DNA from: Desulfomonilia bacterium
GTDB lineage: Bacteria; Desulfobacterota; Desulfomonilia; UBA1062
Direction: 5' to 3'
Assembly: GCA_050014195.1 (NCBI GenBank)
Contig: JBEKDT010000010.1
Span: forward strand, 117,143 to 181,142
Length of the DNA stretch: 64,000 nucleotides
Shown here: positions 41,181 through 49,446 of the stretch, in pieces
How positions within the stretch are numbered: the first letter of the stretch is position 1
Layout: every line of letters begins with the position of its first letter
Translations under genes and position numbers: made by a program
Notes under the pieces: model-generated
What the model was told of the DNA's origin: nothing
The model's database searches: none
What the model saw: only the letters and a program-made list of their open reading frames with translations

Positions 41181-42050
41181 GTGATGTTTAATGCACTGAG
41201 CATAGATCTTGAGGAGTATTTTCAAATTCATGTACTTACCGGTTTAATACACCCGGATACCTGGACCGACCAGCCTTCTTCCATAGAAGAGAACACGATA
41301 AGACTCCTTAATCTTCTTGACGAGCACAACATCAAGGCAACCTTTTTTTGCCTAGGATGGATTGCCGAGCACCATCAAGGGCTCATCAGGTGTATTCATG
41401 ACAAAGGCCATGAAATAGCCTGCCACGGGTATGCCCACCAGGTCATCTACCAGCAGGACCAAACCTGCTTCTCTCATGACGTATCAAAGGCCAAGGATAT
41501 ACTGGAGAATGCGATTGGGGAGAGAGTTATCGGGTACCGCGCTCCCACCTACTCTATCATTAACCAGACCATGTGGGCGCTTAATACCCTCGAAGAAATG
41601 GGTTTCCTTTATGATTCGAGCATCTTTCCCATATACCATGATAACTATGGAATCCCTGATGCCCCTCGTTTCCCTTATAAAATACCAGACAGCTCCCTTG
41701 TAGAGTTCCCCATCTCAACCTTAAAGATCGGCCCCTTCAATCTCCCTATCTCAGGGGGAGGGTATTTCAGGCTTTTGCCCTATCAACTTGTCAAGATAGG
41801 GCTCAAGTCCTTCATGTCGAGCAAGAGGCCTTTTGTATTTTATATCCATCCATGGGAATTGAACCCAAGTACTCCAAGGGTGCCGGGTATGAACGCACTG
41901 TCCCGCTTTCGGACATATACCGGTATTGGTAGCGCCTTTCATAAATTCTCAACTCTTCTTAGAGATTTTCCTTTCAAGCCGGTCCGCAGTGTCTTGATGG
42001 ATATGGGCCTGCTTCCAAAAAGACCGTCTTCAGTGACCAACGATCAGTGA
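41181..42050 (+). CDS. Polysaccharide deacetylase (DUF3473/PEP-CTERM-locus type)
   Basis: SIDLEEYF, ATFF, HEIACHG, GYRAP, GGGYFR, YIHPWE. Confidence 0.88.
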   Translation: MMFNALSIDLEEYFQIHVLTGLIHPDTWTDQPSSIEENTIRLLNLLDEHNIKATFFCLGWIAEHHQGLIRCIHDKGHEIACHGYAHQVIYQQDQTCFSHDVSKAKDILENAIGERVIGYRAPTYSIINQTMWALNTLEEMGFLYDSSIFPIYHDNYGIPDAPRFPYKIPDSSLVEFPISTLKIGPFNLPISGGGYFRLLPYQLVKIGLKSFMSSKRPFVFYIHPWELNPSTPRVPGMNALSRFRTYTGIGSAFHKFSTLLRDFPFKPVRSVLMDMGLLPKRPSSVTNDQ

Positions 42051-42097
42051 TCAGTCCACCCTTCAATCGCTTTCTGATCATTGTTCACTGATCACTC
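42032..42097. repeat. Inverted 7-bp arrays between convergent stop codons
   Basis: AGTGACC AACGATC AGTGATC, then ATCATTG TTCACTG ATCACT; both stops inside repeats. Confidence 0.7.
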
Positions 42098-44083
42098 GTC
42101 ACTCTCAAGTGCCTTTCTGGCTTCCTCTTTTGTCTCGTAGATATGAGGGGCCAGCTTGCGCTTTTTGAGGGCATCCCCTAGTTTCATCCGTAAGAAGGTG
42201 TTAGTGGTGTAACGTGTTACTCCCGAATAAAATTTCTTCACCACTTTGTTTACCATGGCGGTGTATTCGTCAACAAGGTCGGGAAGAATGTCGAAGTTGT
42301 CATAATTTACGATGGTGTATACCTTCTTATCAAGCGGTGAACATATTCTGGTGACCATATCTTCAATGGCCTTGATGTCCTTGCTGCTCTTGATCTTGTG
42401 TCCCTCAAAATTGACAAAGAAGAGGTTCTCCTCGGGGTCGTAGGTGAGTCTTTCCTCCAGGCTGAGCTCGGTAATATAATCCCTCAAGCCCATGGGTCCG
42501 GTTCGGAAGATCTTTTCATCCATCACTCGGGGCTTTTTCGATATGACAGGGACAAAACCCATGTGTTTGACGATGTCTTGTTCAATATCGATACCTGGTG
42601 CCACTTCAGTGAGCTCCATGCCTTTTTTAGTCAGTGTAAAAACACAACGCTCCGTAATATAGTAGACAGGTGTGCCTTTCATGATGGCGTAACGGCCGCT
42701 GAAGGTCACCTGCTCGACAGCATCCAGAAACTTTATCTCGGCTCCTTCCTGGTCGATGAAGAGTTTGCCGTCTTTGACGGATACCTTGAGGCCTCCTGCC
42801 GTAAAAGTTCCAACAAAGACAACTTTTCTTGCATTCTGGCTGATGTTGATGAACCCACCGCACCCGGCCAGCTTGGATCCGAACTTGCTCACATTCGTGT
42901 TTCCTTCTCTGTCCGCCTGGGCCAGTCCGAGGAAGCAACAATCCAGGCCGCCACCATCATAAAAGTCGAACTGATAGGGCTGATCGATAACGCATTCTGG
43001 GTTCGTTGAGGCCCCGAAGCTTAACCCCCCCGCAGGCATCCCCCCGATAGTACCGGGCTCGGCAGTGAGGGTGATATATTCCAGGATCTTCTCCTCATTG
43101 GCCACCTGGGACACACCTTCAGGCATACCGATGCCCAAGTTGATGATGCTGTTGCCTTTGAGCTCAAGGCCGGCCCTGCGGGCAATGATTTTTCTCTCAC
43201 CCATTTCCATTGGTTGCACAGACTGCATGGGGATCCTCAGCTCACCGGTATAGGCAGGGTTGTAGCGCTCTGCAAAGGTGGCCCAGTGGTTTTCAGGCTT
43301 TGACACCACGACGCAATCCACCAGGATACCCGGGATCTTCACCTGGCGTGCATTCAGGGTCCCCCGGTCCGCTATGCGTTCAACCTGAACGATAACAAAT
43401 CCCCCTGAGTTCTTCGCAGCCATGGCAATGGCCAGGGCCTCGATGGTCAGCGCCTCTTTCTCCATGGATACATTACCATCGGTATCCGCCGTGGTCCCCC
43501 GGAGGATGGCCACATTGATGGGAAAGGTCTTGTAGGCGAGGTATTCCTGGCCGTCAAACCTGATAAGCTCCACCAGATCGTCCGTGGTTTTCTTGTTTAT
43601 CTTTCCACCGCCCAAACGCGGGTCGATGTAGGTCCACATGCCCACGGTGGTGATAGTGCGGGGCTTATGGGCCGCAATGTCGCGAAACATGTGGGAGATC
43701 ACGCCCTGAGGGAGGTTGTATGCGTCTATCTTGTTTTCAATGGCAAGTTTGCCCAGCTTCGGTGCAAGACCCCAGTGACCGCCGATTACCCTCTTCACAA
43801 GGCCTTCGTGGGCAAGATGGTTGAGGCCGCGCTCTTTTCCATCCCCCTGTCCTGCGGCATATACCAGGGTGAGATCCCTGGGTTTGCCGGTTGTTATAAA
43901 GTATTCTTCGATCTTGAGGAGGATCTCCTCCGGAACTCCGATACTTACAAATCCGCCTGTAGCCACGGTATCACCGTCCTGGATGACCTGGATGGCCTCC
44001 TGTGCGGAGACGATCTTGCCTTTTCTCATCCGTGAAGGCGGTAACGCCCCGAGCATAGGGTGGATGCTGCCTCGCTTAGGCAT
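42092..44083 (-). CDS. Acyl-CoA:acetate CoA-transferase (YdiF/Pct type) with extra C-terminal domain
   Basis: AAGQGD, NLGIGMP, catalytic Glu in TAEPG, FDFYDGGG, GGFINISQ. Confidence 0.9.
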   Translation of the reverse strand: MPKRGSIHPMLGALPPSRMRKGKIVSAQEAIQVIQDGDTVATGGFVSIGVPEEILLKIEEYFITTGKPRDLTLVYAAGQGDGKERGLNHLAHEGLVKRVIGGHWGLAPKLGKLAIENKIDAYNLPQGVISHMFRDIAAHKPRTITTVGMWTYIDPRLGGGKINKKTTDDLVELIRFDGQEYLAYKTFPINVAILRGTTADTDGNVSMEKEALTIEALAIAMAAKNSGGFVIVQVERIADRGTLNARQVKIPGILVDCVVVSKPENHWATFAERYNPAYTGELRIPMQSVQPMEMGERKIIARRAGLELKGNSIINLGIGMPEGVSQVANEEKILEYITLTAEPGTIGGMPAGGLSFGASTNPECVIDQPYQFDFYDGGGLDCCFLGLAQADREGNTNVSKFGSKLAGCGGFINISQNARKVVFVGTFTAGGLKVSVKDGKLFIDQEGAEIKFLDAVEQVTFSGRYAIMKGTPVYYITERCVFTLTKKGMELTEVAPGIDIEQDIVKHMGFVPVISKKPRVMDEKIFRTGPMGLRDYITELSLEERLTYDPEENLFFVNFEGHKIKSSKDIKAIEDMVTRICSPLDKKVYTIVNYDNFDILPDLVDEYTAMVNKVVKKFYSGVTRYTTNTFLRMKLGDALKKRKLAPHIYETKEEARKALESDE

Positions 44084-44186
44084 TGAGTACCTCCAAATTT
44101 AAGGATTCAGCAGCGATGCACCCGGTCAGAAGGATATGGACATCTCTGACGATGGAGGGCCGAGCGCATAATGCCTAGAATTATAA

Positions 44187-45254
44187 TTAAGAATCGACAT
44201 TTTCGAGCGGTTCTTTTTTCTGCACAATCTTCCTGTCCGGGTCGATAAGAGGAAGCGGTTCGAGCCCTTTAAAGTTGACCTCCTTGAGAAATCTCTTCAC
44301 CAGGATGTCTTCAGGGTCCTTCACCTTCTTGAGGGCCTGAGTGATCTCGATCTTGCCGGCTGCAAAGGTCTCATGACCACCGCCCTTGCCGATTCCGATC
44401 GCTATCTTATGTGCCAGCACACCCGCCATGTCGTTCGTTTTCTTGGCGCGGATCGAGAAGAGGACCGACCCATTGTGCCTGCCATAGCACATGCTCCAGC
44501 GGATGCCTTCCATCTGGATCAGCTCATCCGCAAACTCACCGATCATCTCGGGCCAGGAGATCACGTCCAACCTGGCAATGATGGCATCACCGTATATCCT
44601 TGCGTTGTTCAGGACTGAATTGAGCTCCTCAAAATACTGCCTGGGTTTGTCCGGGTGTTCGATGCGTGACAACTTTTTCTGGAGTATGTGGGGAAAGAGG
44701 TGGATGGACGCACGGATGTCCGCATCGGTCGATTGCCTGCCAAGGTCGCGGGTGTCGGATTTGATCCCGTAGTAGAGTGCGGTGGCCACCTTCCGATCCA
44801 TCTCGATACCTAAAGTCCTGAGGTACTGGGTAATAATGGTGGATGTACTCCCCACGTCCTTGGGGATATCCAGGTAGTCCGCCTCCAGGGAAGACTTGCG
44901 CAGGGGATGGTGATCGACGATGATATTCGGGAATATACCTTTGGGCAGGTAAAGGTTGCCGGTATGGGGCTGGCAATCGACAACCGCTACAACTGAAAAA
45001 TTCCTCGGGGAGATGGTGTTTAAAGGGACGAGATCTATCCCTAGGATTTTAACCATGGCACGGTTTTCAGCCCTGCCGATGATTCCATTATAACCGATAA
45101 CGGATGTGACGCCTGCAACCTTACGGAATAAGTGCTTGAGTCCGAAGGCCGCGGCAATGCCGTCGGGATCGGGGTTCTCATGGGTGGCAATGAGGACCTT
45201 GCGCTTTCCCTTGAGCAACCCAAGCAGCTTGTCTTCCAACTCTTGTCTTGTCAT
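44187..45254 (-). CDS. DHH-family phosphoesterase
   Basis: HENPDPD, VDHH, SDT, GGGH. Confidence 0.9.
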   Translation of the reverse strand: MTRQELEDKLLGLLKGKRKVLIATHENPDPDGIAAAFGLKHLFRKVAGVTSVIGYNGIIGRAENRAMVKILGIDLVPLNTISPRNFSVVAVVDCQPHTGNLYLPKGIFPNIIVDHHPLRKSSLEADYLDIPKDVGSTSTIITQYLRTLGIEMDRKVATALYYGIKSDTRDLGRQSTDADIRASIHLFPHILQKKLSRIEHPDKPRQYFEELNSVLNNARIYGDAIIARLDVISWPEMIGEFADELIQMEGIRWSMCYGRHNGSVLFSIRAKKTNDMAGVLAHKIAIGIGKGGGHETFAAGKIEITQALKKVKDPEDILVKRFLKEVNFKGLEPLPLIDPDRKIVQKKEPLENVDS

Positions 45255-45257
45255 GTC

Positions 45258-45719
45258 TTAGTCCTTCAGGAGGGAATGAATCATATCATATATTCGCTTC
45301 GCATGTGTGCCCTTCCAGTAGATCCGTCTACAGGACGGACACCTGGCGAAGATCTCCTGTGTTGTGTACACATATTCCGGGATATGCGTCTTTACGTCCT
45401 CGCGGTTTGTATCCACCAGGACGGTATTGCAGAGGCTGCACCGGGTAAAAGGTCCCGCACCCTGGCGGAGGTCGAGCGCACCAAAGAGTTCCTGAAGCTG
45501 TTCACTCACATGGTCATGTGCAATGAACACCACTGACTTATGTGCGGCAATAGCGTGTTTTCTTGTCAGCACGATTCTCCCGTTCTCAACAGAGCGCCTT
45601 ACCAGGTCTTCATCCCAGTGGGACATATATTCTGCATCAAAGCCCAGGATCCTCAGCCATTTTGCTATCTTACCCAGGTTCTGATCACACAAAAAACGAA
45701 TCGGCAGGTCTGAACGCAT
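45258..45719 (-). CDS. Mut7-C RNase domain protein (PIN-like plus Zn ribbon)
   Basis: FLCDQNLGKIAKWLRILGFD, RCSLCN, CPSCRRIYWKGTH. Confidence 0.88.
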   Translation of the reverse strand: MRSDLPIRFLCDQNLGKIAKWLRILGFDAEYMSHWDEDLVRRSVENGRIVLTRKHAIAAHKSVVFIAHDHVSEQLQELFGALDLRQGAGPFTRCSLCNTVLVDTNREDVKTHIPEYVYTTQEIFARCPSCRRIYWKGTHAKRIYDMIHSLLKD

Positions 45720-46059
45720 CCCGCACATGGAACACCTTCTTATTCTGGTCTATGGTGATCACATCATAGCGCATCGGTGTGTCCATCATACCTTTTGCCT
45801 TCAGGTATGCAAGTGAGGCCTTAATAATACGCTGCTGCTTCCATGTCGGGATCCATTCAAGGGGATCCCCAAAAGTGTCCTTTAATGCAGACTTCACCTC
45901 GACAAAGACAATTGTTTTTACCTCTTTGGCAATGATATCGATTTCACCGGAACATGCATGGAAGTTGGCATCGAGGATTTTAAAACCCTCATGCTTGAGA
46001 AATTTTCTGGCTATCTCTTCACCGATAGCGCCTTTTTCACGGGACGATCTAGGACACAC
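45685..46059 (-). CDS. yraN: YraN-family endonuclease-like protein
   Basis: GEEIA, GEIDII, VFVEVK, RYDV. Confidence 0.9.
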   Translation of the reverse strand: MCPRSSREKGAIGEEIARKFLKHEGFKILDANFHACSGEIDIIAKEVKTIVFVEVKSALKDTFGDPLEWIPTWKQQRIIKASLAYLKAKGMMDTPMRYDVITIDQNKKVFHVRDAFRPADSFFV

Positions 46060-46639
46060 CCTTGAAAGACCTCCTGTGGATCCGGCAGGGGCCTAGACTC
46101 TCAATTGCCTCGATATGATCCTTGGTTCCGTACCCCTTGTGCCGTGAAAACCCATAGCCGGGGTAGAGTTCTTCCATGTTCCTCATATACCTGTCCCTGG
46201 TCACTTTGGCCACGATACTTGCAGCGGAAATGGACGGCTCCGTCTGGTCGCCCCTGATAACAGGTATGCACCTGCACGGCAGAGACGGAACGGCATTCCC
46301 ATCGACAAGCGCGCAATGAGGAGATACGGTGAGTTTGCGCACCGCTTCCCCCATTGCCTTCAAGGTTGCCTTCAGGATATTGATGGTGTCAATGGTCATC
46401 GCATCGACCATAGAAACGCCGATGCATACCTCAACCGAAGAGATAAGGAGTGTAAAGATCTTTTCTCTTTGCGCCTCAGAGAGACGTTTGGAGTCTCTGA
46501 CAACAGAGCGTAAAGAGCACTGCGGGTTCATGATCACCGCAGCGGCCACGACAGGGCCCGCTAAAGGGCCCCTGCCGGCCTCATCCACACCGCACAACGG
46601 CCATAAACCCTGTGCAATGAGATCTTCTTCCAGGGGCAT
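46049..46639 (-). CDS. rnhB: Ribonuclease HII
   Basis: GVDEAGRGPLAGPV, DSK, AASIVAK, HKGYGT. Confidence 0.96.
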   Translation of the reverse strand: MPLEEDLIAQGLWPLCGVDEAGRGPLAGPVVAAAVIMNPQCSLRSVVRDSKRLSEAQREKIFTLLISSVEVCIGVSMVDAMTIDTINILKATLKAMGEAVRKLTVSPHCALVDGNAVPSLPCRCIPVIRGDQTEPSISAASIVAKVTRDRYMRNMEELYPGYGFSRHKGYGTKDHIEAIESLGPCRIHRRSFKGVS

Positions 46640-46640
46640 G

Positions 46641-46985
46641 CTAGCTGCGGATCTCCTTCAGCCGTGCCGCCTTGCCTCGCAATTCTCTCATGTAGTAAAG
46701 CTTTGCCCGTCTAACCTTGGAACGCCCCACTATCTCGATCTTTTCCACACTTGGTGCATGCAGGGGGAAGACCCTTTCAACGCCGACAGAGTATGACTGC
46801 TTGCGCACAGTGATAGAAGAACGGTTGTTTCCCCTGTGCCGTGCAATGACCACTCCCTCGAATATCTGTAAACGCTGCCTGGCACCTTCCACGATCTTCA
46901 TGGAGACGCGGACCTTGTCACCGATGTGAATCTCGGGCAGTCCTTCTTTCATCTGTGACTTCTCGAATTCATCCAGGATGTTCAT
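46641..46985 (-). CDS. rplS: 50S ribosomal protein L19
   Basis: QIFEGVVI, GVERVFP, VRRAKLYY. Confidence 0.97.
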   Translation of the reverse strand: MNILDEFEKSQMKEGLPEIHIGDKVRVSMKIVEGARQRLQIFEGVVIARHRGNNRSSITVRKQSYSVGVERVFPLHAPSVEKIEIVGRSKVRRAKLYYMRELRGKAARLKEIRS

Positions 46986-46995
46986 TTACTACCTC

Positions 46996-47517
46996 CTACG
47001 CGATCCTATCTAAAGCTATTGATACGGCAGAGCGTACGGAAAGATGATTGAAGTCACCCTTTCCCGTAATAGGCTCTATCACTGCATCGAACGACCTAAC
47101 ATACCGCGGTGATATCCCCCACCCTGTGCCGAACAGCAGGCACATGTCTTGTGAGCGGGCACGTTCTCTTGCATCTTCCCAGGATATGCATCCTTCGATC
47201 CTACTCGCCGAAGTACCCACCATAAGAGCGCCTGTATGCCGCTTTATCTCTTCTATATCATGAACGAGCCGAATAATCTCCAATGCCCTTTTTCTGAAAG
47301 GATTGTACTGCCCGCCGAACCCCTTCAGCCAGTGTTCGATGATCCGCTTGGCAAAGTCAAGTTGGCTTGGGTTCGGGTGAACGATATAGAGCGTATTGAT
47401 GCCGTATGTCAAGCATACTCTTGCACAATCGTGCAGATCGAGGTTGGTTATCGCACTTGCTATTTCATTCCCGTTCTTGTCGAGACACGGCCAATGCAGC
47501 AGTGCAACACTGAGCAT
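46996..47517 (-). CDS. SPOUT RNA methyltransferase-like protein (DUF2168 type)
   Basis: TNLDLHD, FGTGWG, NHLSVRSA. Confidence 0.85.
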   Translation of the reverse strand: MLSVALLHWPCLDKNGNEIASAITNLDLHDCARVCLTYGINTLYIVHPNPSQLDFAKRIIEHWLKGFGGQYNPFRKRALEIIRLVHDIEEIKRHTGALMVGTSASRIEGCISWEDARERARSQDMCLLFGTGWGISPRYVRSFDAVIEPITGKGDFNHLSVRSAVSIALDRIA

Positions 47518-47530
47518 ACTGCAAGCCCCT

Positions 47531-48247
47531 TTAGGGCCGTCCCTTGGTCTTACCCGGAACCGGGGTTCGGTCTGAAGGTGTTTTTCTCATAAGGTCAGGC
47601 CTGACTTCATGAGTCTTTCTGTGCGACATCATCTCCCGCCAAACCTTTATTTGCTCATGGTTTCCGGACAAGAGCACCTCAGGCACCTCAAGACCTCTGA
47701 ATTCACGGGGCCTGGTATAATGCGGATGTTCAAGAAATCCTTCGTAATGGGAGTCTCCCGTATGCAGGGTATCCTGGCCGAGAACACCCGGGATGAGTCT
47801 CACGATGGCATCCGTCATGACCATCGCGGGTATCTCCCCTCCTGTGAGCACATAGTCGCCGATGGAGAGCTCTTCATCAACAAAGAGTTCCGATACCCGT
47901 TCATCCACGCCTTCATAGTGTCCGCAGATGATGGTAATAATTCCCTCACCGCTCAGCCGCAATGCATCTTCCTGAGAGAAGAGCCGTCCTCTCGGGGTGG
48001 TGAGGATAACCTCTCCCCGGTCCTCAAGGCTTTCCAGGGCTGCGGCGATGGGCTCGGGTTTGAATATCATGCCTCCTCCGCCGCCATAAGGTGTATCATC
48101 TACCGTGCGGTGAGCCCCGATACCGAAATCCCTCAACGCTACAAGCTTGATTGTTACAAGCCCCCTTGCTATGGCCCTTGAGATGATGCTCTCCTCATGG
48201 ACGCCTGAGAATAAGCTGGGGAAAAGGGTAATGATGTTGATGATCAC
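47531..48247 (-). CDS. trmD: tRNA (guanine-N1)-methyltransferase
   Basis: VDDTPYGGG, CGHYEGVDER, SIGDYVLTGGE. Confidence 0.97.
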   Translation of the reverse strand: MIINIITLFPSLFSGVHEESIISRAIARGLVTIKLVALRDFGIGAHRTVDDTPYGGGGGMIFKPEPIAAALESLEDRGEVILTTPRGRLFSQEDALRLSGEGIITIICGHYEGVDERVSELFVDEELSIGDYVLTGGEIPAMVMTDAIVRLIPGVLGQDTLHTGDSHYEGFLEHPHYTRPREFRGLEVPEVLLSGNHEQIKVWREMMSHRKTHEVRPDLMRKTPSDRTPVPGKTKGRP

Positions 48248-48259
48248 GACACGTGTTCT

Positions 48260-48763
48260 TTAGTCAAGAAGACCCTCTAAGAGCGAGGAATCGATTGTCA
48301 TGCAACCTTTCTCCGGTGATATCTCCCTGATTACGTCTTTGGTTGCCGGGATGAGATATTGTTTTGTCTTGTCTACCACGTAAACGTCGTTGCTCCCGGT
48401 CGAGAAGATATCCACCACTTCTCCGAGAACGGTCCCTTCACCATCAATGACCTTCAGGCCCAAGATGTCTTTCCAGTAAAATTCATCTTCTTTAAGCCCT
48501 TCAAGCTGATCGTTTTTTACGAAAAGCGCCTCGCCTTTAAGGTGCTCCACCTGGGAGATGTGGGTATAGCCCTCAAGTGAAATAATGTAAAAACCCCGCC
48601 GTTTCTCAGCCCCTAGTATCTTAACAGGTGGGCCGTTAAGCCCTATTATCAGGTGGGAATATCTTGAGAACCTCTCAAAAGAATCACCATAAGGGAATAT
48701 CCGCATCCGGCCTTTCAGGCCATGGGGAGAGCCGACCCGTGCGATCTCAATGAGATCAGTCAT
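48260..48763 (-). CDS. rimM: Ribosome maturation factor
   Basis: HGLKG, EFYWKDILG, TGSNDV; operon position. Confidence 0.93.
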   Translation of the reverse strand: MTDLIEIARVGSPHGLKGRMRIFPYGDSFERFSRYSHLIIGLNGPPVKILGAEKRRGFYIISLEGYTHISQVEHLKGEALFVKNDQLEGLKEDEFYWKDILGLKVIDGEGTVLGEVVDIFSTGSNDVYVVDKTKQYLIPATKDVIREISPEKGCMTIDSSLLEGLLD

Positions 48764-48768
48764 TGCGA

Positions 48769-48999
48769 TTATTCAATAATCTCCAGCACCGACCTCTTCT
48801 TCAGTTTTGTAGATGCCGCGGTAAGCAGCGTGCGCATGGCTCGGGCCGTACGTCCTTCCTTGCCTATTACTTTACCCAAATCCGATTTTGCAACCCTGAG
48901 CTCAATAACAGACGTCACTTCACCTTCAACCTCAGAAACCTTCACGTCATCCGGACTGTCAACCAACGCCTTCGCGATGTACTCTATAAGCTCTTTCAT
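48769..48999 (-). CDS. khpA: KH-domain RNA-binding protein
   Basis: [17 protein letters not shown]; between rpsP and rimM. Confidence 0.92.
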   Translation of the reverse strand: MKELIEYIAKALVDSPDDVKVSEVEGEVTSVIELRVAKSDLGKVIGKEGRTARAMRTLLTAASTKLKKRSVLEIIE

Positions 49000-49032
49000 G
49001 GTACCCTCACATCAACGTTATTTAGTATCGGA

Positions 49033-49278
49033 TCAGAGCGAATATCCTTTATCCTTGATGAGCTTTTTCACAGCCGGTGAGAGTTGCCCGCCTTTATTGA
49101 CCCATTCCTTGATCCTGTCCATTTTCAGGTTGATGCTTTCCGGTCTGAACTTGGGATCGAAATGTCCGACTATTTCAATGAATCTCCCATCGCGCTTATT
49201 GCGTGAGTCGGTGACAACAACACGGTAGAACGGCTTCTTGGCGGCTCCCCCTCGGGTCAATCTGATGGTGACTGCCAT
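49033..49278 (-). CDS. rpsP: 30S ribosomal protein S16
   Basis: [28 protein letters not shown]. Confidence 0.97.
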   Translation of the reverse strand: MAVTIRLTRGGAAKKPFYRVVVTDSRNKRDGRFIEIVGHFDPKFRPESINLKMDRIKEWVNKGGQLSPAVKKLIKDKGYSL

Positions 49279-49323
49279 GCGTATTTGTTCCCCCTTTATG
49301 GTATGCTTGTCTAGGTTGCCACA

Positions 49324-49351
49324 CTTATATTACTTGTCGAAACATTGTCAA
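49324..49351 (-). promoter_or_regulatory. Sigma70 promoter of the rpsP operon
   Basis: Minus strand TTGACA-16 nt-TATAAG. Confidence 0.6.
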
Positions 49352-49446
49352 GTCATTTATCCTTGGGCATTTGCGGGCTTTTATGCAGGCATGAAGCCGT
49401 TTGGAGCACATTCGGAATTCGCAAAAAAGAAAAACAGGCTTTGTAT

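Noticed and set aside
44140-44170. Fluoride riboswitch-like GATGGAG
   Set aside because: Wrong strand for the downstream gene, and the rest of the consensus is missing.
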